From NCBI GenBank assembly GCA_963837955.1, contig CAWIPH010000002.1:3200001-3264000 (forward strand): a DNA stretch of 64,000 nt, in the 5' to 3' direction. The position numbers were made by a program, and so were the translations under genes. Positions 59,231 through 64,000 of this stretch are shown piece by piece (the stretch's first letter is position 1; each line of letters starts with the position of its first letter). The DNA comes from an uncultured Verrucomicrobiae bacterium. Its GTDB lineage: Bacteria > Verrucomicrobiota > Verrucomicrobiia > Chthoniobacterales > JAFAMB01. The notes beneath the pieces were generated by a model. It saw only the letters and a list, made by a program, of their open reading frames with translations. It did not search any database and had not been told where the DNA came from.

Positions 59231-59347
59231 CGGTTTTACTGAATTCAGCTTGCCGGCATTTAAGATAACAGGCTGAGCAGATTCCTTCGCCGCACTGTCC
59301 GAGCGTGCGTAGATGGCAACACGTTCCAACGTCATAACCCGACTAGC
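59231..59347 (-). pseudogene. Degenerate copy of the 5' end of the GT4 gene at 55219-56247
   Basis: Shared blocks CGGTTTTACTGAATTCA, GTCCGAGCGTGCGTAG, GTCATAA, CGACTAG in the same order as 56131-56257. Confidence 0.65.
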
Positions 59348-59364
59348 TAGCCAAATGGCTGGTG

Positions 59365-60663
59365 TTAGGTCTTCCCCGGATGGAGGAGGTATCCACCGAC
59401 GGGCGATCCGATTCGGCCGGGATCGGCAGCTCTTTTCTCCTGCCTTTGCTGATCAAGTCGCCAGTAAGCCAAGCCCAGAAACATCCATGTCGTTGGCAAA
59501 AAAAGCTCTGATACGTTAATCCAGTATAGGAAGAAAAGCACCACAACTCCTACTCTAAGGGCAAGACCTCCATTTTCTGATCGTAACAATATGGCCGGCT
59601 TGAGAAACGCGTAAAAGTAGACAATCATGCCGATCCAGCCGGTATTAACCAGAACGGCAGAAAACACCGATCCATAATAGTAGCCAAAACCTATCCCGAA
59701 TAGGTAGTTCATCAATGTGAACGTCTTTACGGTGTCGTGCATCGCTAGCGCGGCCTGCTCATGGAGATCGCCTGAGCCGGCCTCGGCGTTCAGTTTGGCG
59801 GTGAACATTCCGTCATAGGTTTCCGGAAATGCATAATAGAGAGTCACCAGCGCTCCCGCGAAAAAAAGAACAATAAGAACAATTGATAGACTCAATTTTC
59901 TTTGAAAGAAGCTATAAACAATCAGAGCAAAAGGGAGTGCCATAAACGCCGAGGTGGAGGCCGAGAACACGAGGCAAAAGAGAAGCGCGGCAGAGAGCCA
60001 TTTCCGCTTGTTTTCCACAGCCAGAAATAGATAAGGGACAACAGCCGCCGAAAGAAAGGAAGGCTCCCCAAACGTGGATTTTATACGTAGTAAGCTGAGA
60101 GAACCCACTTGGATTACCTGTGACCAGCTTCCCGTATGGAAATCCTCCCCGTAGGTTCGATTGCCCAAGAAATCCCCCGGCTGCTGGAATATTAAAAAGA
60201 AAAGCCATTCATAGATCCCGTAGATAGCAAGAAACCAGCCTCCCCACAGGACATAACGCATCCACTCGGCCCGAAAGAAGAAGCGAAAGAACAAGGCGAT
60301 GCAAAGGCAGGCAGCCAGATACAAAGTCTGTGTAAAAAGCACGGAGCGAAACACAACCCGTGTATCGCTCGGGTTATTCAGGAATATATCACCAAAGTCG
60401 TGCCTATCCGAGACAAGGTGTCCTAGTTGGCTCCCGCATAGTAGGAGAAGCCAGATCCCCGCTACTACCAGGGCCACTTTGAAGTAGCGGATTCGCTGGA
60501 TACTTGGTTGCCCGCTGCTGCGACTCAGGATAACAAAGAAGACAGAAGCAAATGCCATAACATAGGCGGGTATGCTTCCTTGTGCGGAGGGGATGACCAA
60601 GAATGATGTAAGCGGCATCAAAACGCACCAGAGTGCTATAAACCAATCAGGAAGCCCTTTCAT
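59365..60663 (-). CDS. Polytopic membrane protein, Wzy/O-antigen ligase-like polymerase
   Basis: Many TM segments, RIKSTFGEPS, LFGIGFG; lies in the glycan cluster. Confidence 0.65.
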   Translation of the reverse strand: MKGLPDWFIALWCVLMPLTSFLVIPSAQGSIPAYVMAFASVFFVILSRSSGQPSIQRIRYFKVALVVAGIWLLLLCGSQLGHLVSDRHDFGDIFLNNPSDTRVVFRSVLFTQTLYLAACLCIALFFRFFFRAEWMRYVLWGGWFLAIYGIYEWLFFLIFQQPGDFLGNRTYGEDFHTGSWSQVIQVGSLSLLRIKSTFGEPSFLSAAVVPYLFLAVENKRKWLSAALLFCLVFSASTSAFMALPFALIVYSFFQRKLSLSIVLIVLFFAGALVTLYYAFPETYDGMFTAKLNAEAGSGDLHEQAALAMHDTVKTFTLMNYLFGIGFGYYYGSVFSAVLVNTGWIGMIVYFYAFLKPAILLRSENGGLALRVGVVVLFFLYWINVSELFLPTTWMFLGLAYWRLDQQRQEKRAADPGRIGSPVGGYLLHPGKT

Positions 60664-60808
60664 CGGACTAAAGTAAGCGTTGATTCCATTCACTCTCCGG
60701 GAAACGTCGCGATCACCCAGAGCCGTTCCTTGTCAACCAGCGCCGCTATTTGTTGTACTGCTTGGGTAAAAGAAGCTTTTTGTCGTCTCGAAGACGGCCT
60801 ACCGATCT

Positions 60809-61729
60809 CTAGCGCACCTCTTCCGAGTCTCGAATAGAGGATGGAACAATTCTGTTCCTGCCTGTCAATGAGCGCCCGGCCAGACGAGCCCGAGCGATAT
60901 AATCGAGACCAGACACAATCTCCAGGGCCGTCTTCCCCAATGAATGGTGCCACCGGGTGAGGAGCCAATTTTTAACATAGACGTTCCGCATTGCTCTGTT
61001 AAGCATACACTTTGCGTAGTAGGCTCCACGGCCGCGGTCGTACCACCGCATAAGATGCCACTCTTCTTCTGCGGTTTTTCTCCCGTGATGGTGGTAGACA
61101 AGTGGTTTGGGGTCGTACGCACCGTACCAGCCCGCCGCCGAGATTCTCGCCATCAATTCCGTCTCATCACCGCTGTAGAGTGCTCCGGCTCCGAACCACG
61201 GATCGAAGCCATCGACCTCGGTGAGAGCGGCCCGGCGATAGGCGATGTTTGCACCTTGAATAACACCGGGTTGGATAAAACTGCCTGGCGGAAAAGAAAG
61301 AGGCTCCAAAGATTCTTGTATCGTGATTCTGCGGTCCGTTGGATCATGTAACAGGATCCGCCCTCCCACAAAACCAAGTTTAGGATCGTTTGAGAAGCAC
61401 TCAAATATCGAATCGAGATAGTCCTCTTCCGGATAGCAATCATCATCGATACAAACGACAATGGCAGATCTGGCGGATCGCCAACCGGAATTTTTCGCAC
61501 AGGCCACTCCCCGACCCGGTTGAATGATCATTTGTACAGGGCGGTCACAGGTTGCGGCAAATTCCGCTACAACGGCACTTGTCCCGTCCGTCGATTCATT
61601 GTCTACGACAATAAGCTCCCACTTTAATTGTGATCGAATCGCCGAAACTCGCTCGAGCGTTTGAGCCAGTTGGGTAGCGCGGTTGCGGGTACAAATCAGT
61701 AAGGATAGATCGAACAAACTGTCGGCCAT
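60809..61729 (-). CDS. GT2 glycosyltransferase
   Basis: LLICTRNR, VVDNES, IDDDC, GANIA. Confidence 0.9.
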   Translation of the reverse strand: MADSLFDLSLLICTRNRATQLAQTLERVSAIRSQLKWELIVVDNESTDGTSAVVAEFAATCDRPVQMIIQPGRGVACAKNSGWRSARSAIVVCIDDDCYPEEDYLDSIFECFSNDPKLGFVGGRILLHDPTDRRITIQESLEPLSFPPGSFIQPGVIQGANIAYRRAALTEVDGFDPWFGAGALYSGDETELMARISAAGWYGAYDPKPLVYHHHGRKTAEEEWHLMRWYDRGRGAYYAKCMLNRAMRNVYVKNWLLTRWHHSLGKTALEIVSGLDYIARARLAGRSLTGRNRIVPSSIRDSEEVR

Positions 61730-61761
61730 GGAGTTTTCGCGCGCAGAGTTCCCTCAAATCC

Positions 61762-63138
61762 CTAGGTCTCCAATGCCGAGTGCCCAATTTTGGGCATGTT
61801 ACCATTCGCATCATCCTGAATTATGCTGGATACAAACTCTTTTCTCGTTTCTGATGCCTCCCACGAGAAGTCGGCAAAGACCAATCCGTGCGCCGAAGCC
61901 TCTGGGCCGGCGGAATGTGAGTATGGTAGTACAGGAGATATCATCAGCGAACAGGCACCTTCCCAATAATCCATGGTCCAAGGAGCCCCGAGCGAAAGGT
62001 CAACGCGATAACTCCCAGGTTTTAACCAAGGCGCGGTAAACCGGAACCGTCCGCTAATCCGGGGGCAATCCTCTACCCAGAATCCTATCAGACGCGAATC
62101 ACATTGGGCAAGAACTATCCCATTCGAATCGACTATCCGGGCGCATACCCACATCCTTCCTACCAGCTTCCCCCGACGCTCAATTTCAAAGTTGATAACT
62201 TTTTCCTCCACCCCCCCAAAGATTGGTCGATCGGGACCTGCTAACGTATAGCGATAGTCGCCAGAGCCATATCTGCGATCTGGATTATCATCTTGACCGT
62301 TTGCCTTGGAAAAACTGGAGACGTATATGTCAATCGCTTCTTTAATACTACCAGTATACTCCAGCGAGCCTGCCCGAAGAAACATCCCGCGGTTACATAG
62401 GACCGAGACAGCCTGCATATTATGGCTGACGAATAAAATGGTGCGACCACCGGTTGCCACGTCGTGCATCTTGCCCAAACATTTCTTCTGAAATTCTGCG
62501 TCACCCACCGCTAGAACTTCATCCACAATTAAAATCTCAGACTCGAGATGGGCAGCAATCGAGAAAGCGAGCCGCACATACATACCGCTGCTGTAGCGCT
62601 TCACCGGCGTATCCAGGAATTTTTCAACTTCAGCGAATGCTACGATCTCATCGAACTTGGCTTTGATCTCGGCCCGCGTCATTCCAAGTATTGTACCGTT
62701 CAGATAAATGTTCTCGCGCCCGGTTAGTTCCGGATGAAAGCCGGTCCCGACTTCAAGCAAGCTCGCCACGCGACCTCTCAGACGGATCCGGCCCTCGGTT
62801 GGCTCTGTGATCCTGCTCAGAAGCTTCAGCAGGGTGGATTTGCCAGCGCCGTTCCGACCGATGATGCCGACTACATCTCCCTGTTCAACTTTGAAGGAGA
62901 CATCTTTGATAGCCCAAAAGTCCTCAGCAGAGTTGCCGGAATGCATCAAATCGGAATCGCCAGTCGATTTAGCGTTTGCGCCGCCGTGGCTTCGTTTTTT
63001 ACCAGAAAATGCCCGAAATGGGGCGACCACCCCTCGGGCAATTACATCACGAAGCGTCGTGTAACGTTCGCCACCGCTCTTGTGCCGTAAGCTATAGAGC
63101 TTGCCGACGTTTTCGACGGAGATAACGGCGTCAGACAT
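61762..63138 (-). CDS. wzt: Polysaccharide ABC transporter ATP-binding protein with C-terminal extension
   Basis: [43 protein letters not shown]-terminal Wzt_C-like domain. Confidence 0.92.
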   Translation of the reverse strand: MSDAVISVENVGKLYSLRHKSGGERYTTLRDVIARGVVAPFRAFSGKKRSHGGANAKSTGDSDLMHSGNSAEDFWAIKDVSFKVEQGDVVGIIGRNGAGKSTLLKLLSRITEPTEGRIRLRGRVASLLEVGTGFHPELTGRENIYLNGTILGMTRAEIKAKFDEIVAFAEVEKFLDTPVKRYSSGMYVRLAFSIAAHLESEILIVDEVLAVGDAEFQKKCLGKMHDVATGGRTILFVSHNMQAVSVLCNRGMFLRAGSLEYTGSIKEAIDIYVSSFSKANGQDDNPDRRYGSGDYRYTLAGPDRPIFGGVEEKVINFEIERRGKLVGRMWVCARIVDSNGIVLAQCDSRLIGFWVEDCPRISGRFRFTAPWLKPGSYRVDLSLGAPWTMDYWEGACSLMISPVLPYSHSAGPEASAHGLVFADFSWEASETRKEFVSSIIQDDANGNMPKIGHSALET

Positions 63139-63150
63139 GAGCTTTGAAAC

Positions 63151-63185
63151 TGCGGATCGCGGATTGCGGATCGCAAATCGCGAGT
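63151..63185. repeat. Degenerate heptamer tandem repeat (YGCGGAT)
   Basis: tgcggat cgcggat tgcggat cgcaaat cgcgagt. Confidence 0.75.
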
Positions 63186-63207
63186 CGAGAAAGGCTAATC
63201 TGATGGC

Positions 63208-64000
63208 TCATAGTCGGGAAGCCGCGAGAACTCTATCATTTTGTTTACGAGGTGAACGGCGGGCGAAAAAAGCACGCACGACGTATTCAAGACCCGCGAC
63301 AATTTCCAAAGCCGACGTTTTCCATGAATGGCATCGCCGTGTCAACAGCCAATTCCTAACATAGACGTTGGCGCATGCGCTTATTAAGTATGCACTTCGC
63401 ATAATAAGCTCCACGGCCGCGGTGATATGACCGCATTAGGCGCCGTTCGTCGCCCTTTGTCTTTCGCCCATGATGGTGGTAAACGAGTGGCTTCGGATCA
63501 TATGCACCGGTCCACCCTGCCGCTGAAATTCTCGCGAGTAATTCCACCTCCTCCGCGATGAAGAATGATCCTGGCCCGAACCATGGATCGAAGCCGCCGA
63601 CTTCACCGAGAGCGGCCCGCCGAAAGGCAAGATTTGCCCCATGAATTGCGCCTGGTCGAATAAAGCTTTCAGGCGGAAAAGACTGCCGTTCCAAGGACTC
63701 TTGTATCGTAAGTTTGAAATCAGTGGGATCATGCAACAGAATCCGTCCTCCCACAAAACCGAGTCTCGGATCTTTTGAGAAGGAATCGAATACGGAATCG
63801 AGATAATCCTCCGCCGGGTAACAGTCATCGTCGATGTACGCAACGATGTCAGACTTGGCCGATTGCCAGCTGGCATTTCGAGCGCACGACACGCCTCGGT
63901 CCGGATTATAGATTAGCTGGACCGGACGATCCAAAGTCGCAGCGAACTCCCGCACAACCTCATTTGTCCGATCGGCCGATCCGTTGTCGACGATAACTAG
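63208..64000 (-). CDS. GT2 glycosyltransferase, paralog of 60809-61729; 5'-truncated by window edge, frameshift near 63370
   Basis: IDDDCYP, GGRILLHDP, HHHGRKT; C-terminal NVYVRNWLLTR continues in another frame. Confidence 0.8.

Noticed and set aside
1..64000. Transposases, integrases, prophage genes, tRNA or rRNA
   Set aside because: None recognised in the ORF track or sequence

Overview
Bacterial genomic DNA of moderately high GC. Gene content and intergenic heptamer/REP-like repeats suggest a soil Verrucomicrobia (Chthoniobacterales-like) organism, which is inference only. From left to right: (1) the 3' end of a DUF692 (MNIO) + DUF2063 RiPP-maturation pair; (2) an ArsR-SRPBCC-DUF899 operon with a palindromic operator, and a secreted HEXXH protein; (3) an ~18 kb biosynthetic cluster (4.4-22.5 kb), the best candidate for an undescribed system. 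It has a single-module highly reducing type I PKS (KS-AT-DH-cMT-ER-KR-ACP, no TE), a stand-alone condensation domain, a membrane desaturase, a MacB/LolCDE-like ABC transporter and a LolA-like protein, plus a divergent AsnB-type amidotransferase and two signal-peptide-bearing amidases with a relic of a third; (4) TPR, LysE, GNAT and PsbP-like genes and a frameshifted alpha/beta hydrolase; (5) an AraC-associated GH127/sugar-ABC locus with a shared ~40-bp upstream motif; (6) a >29 kb minus-strand surface-polysaccharide cluster running off the right edge (about 12 glycosyltransferases, WcaJ-like, Wzt, Wzy-like, MsbA/HepA-like ABC, methyl- and acyltransferases, a clan-A glycoside hydrolase). Frameshifts occur in patches. 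No rRNA, tRNA, CRISPR array or transposase was recognised. All family calls come from motif recognition by eye, not database searches.
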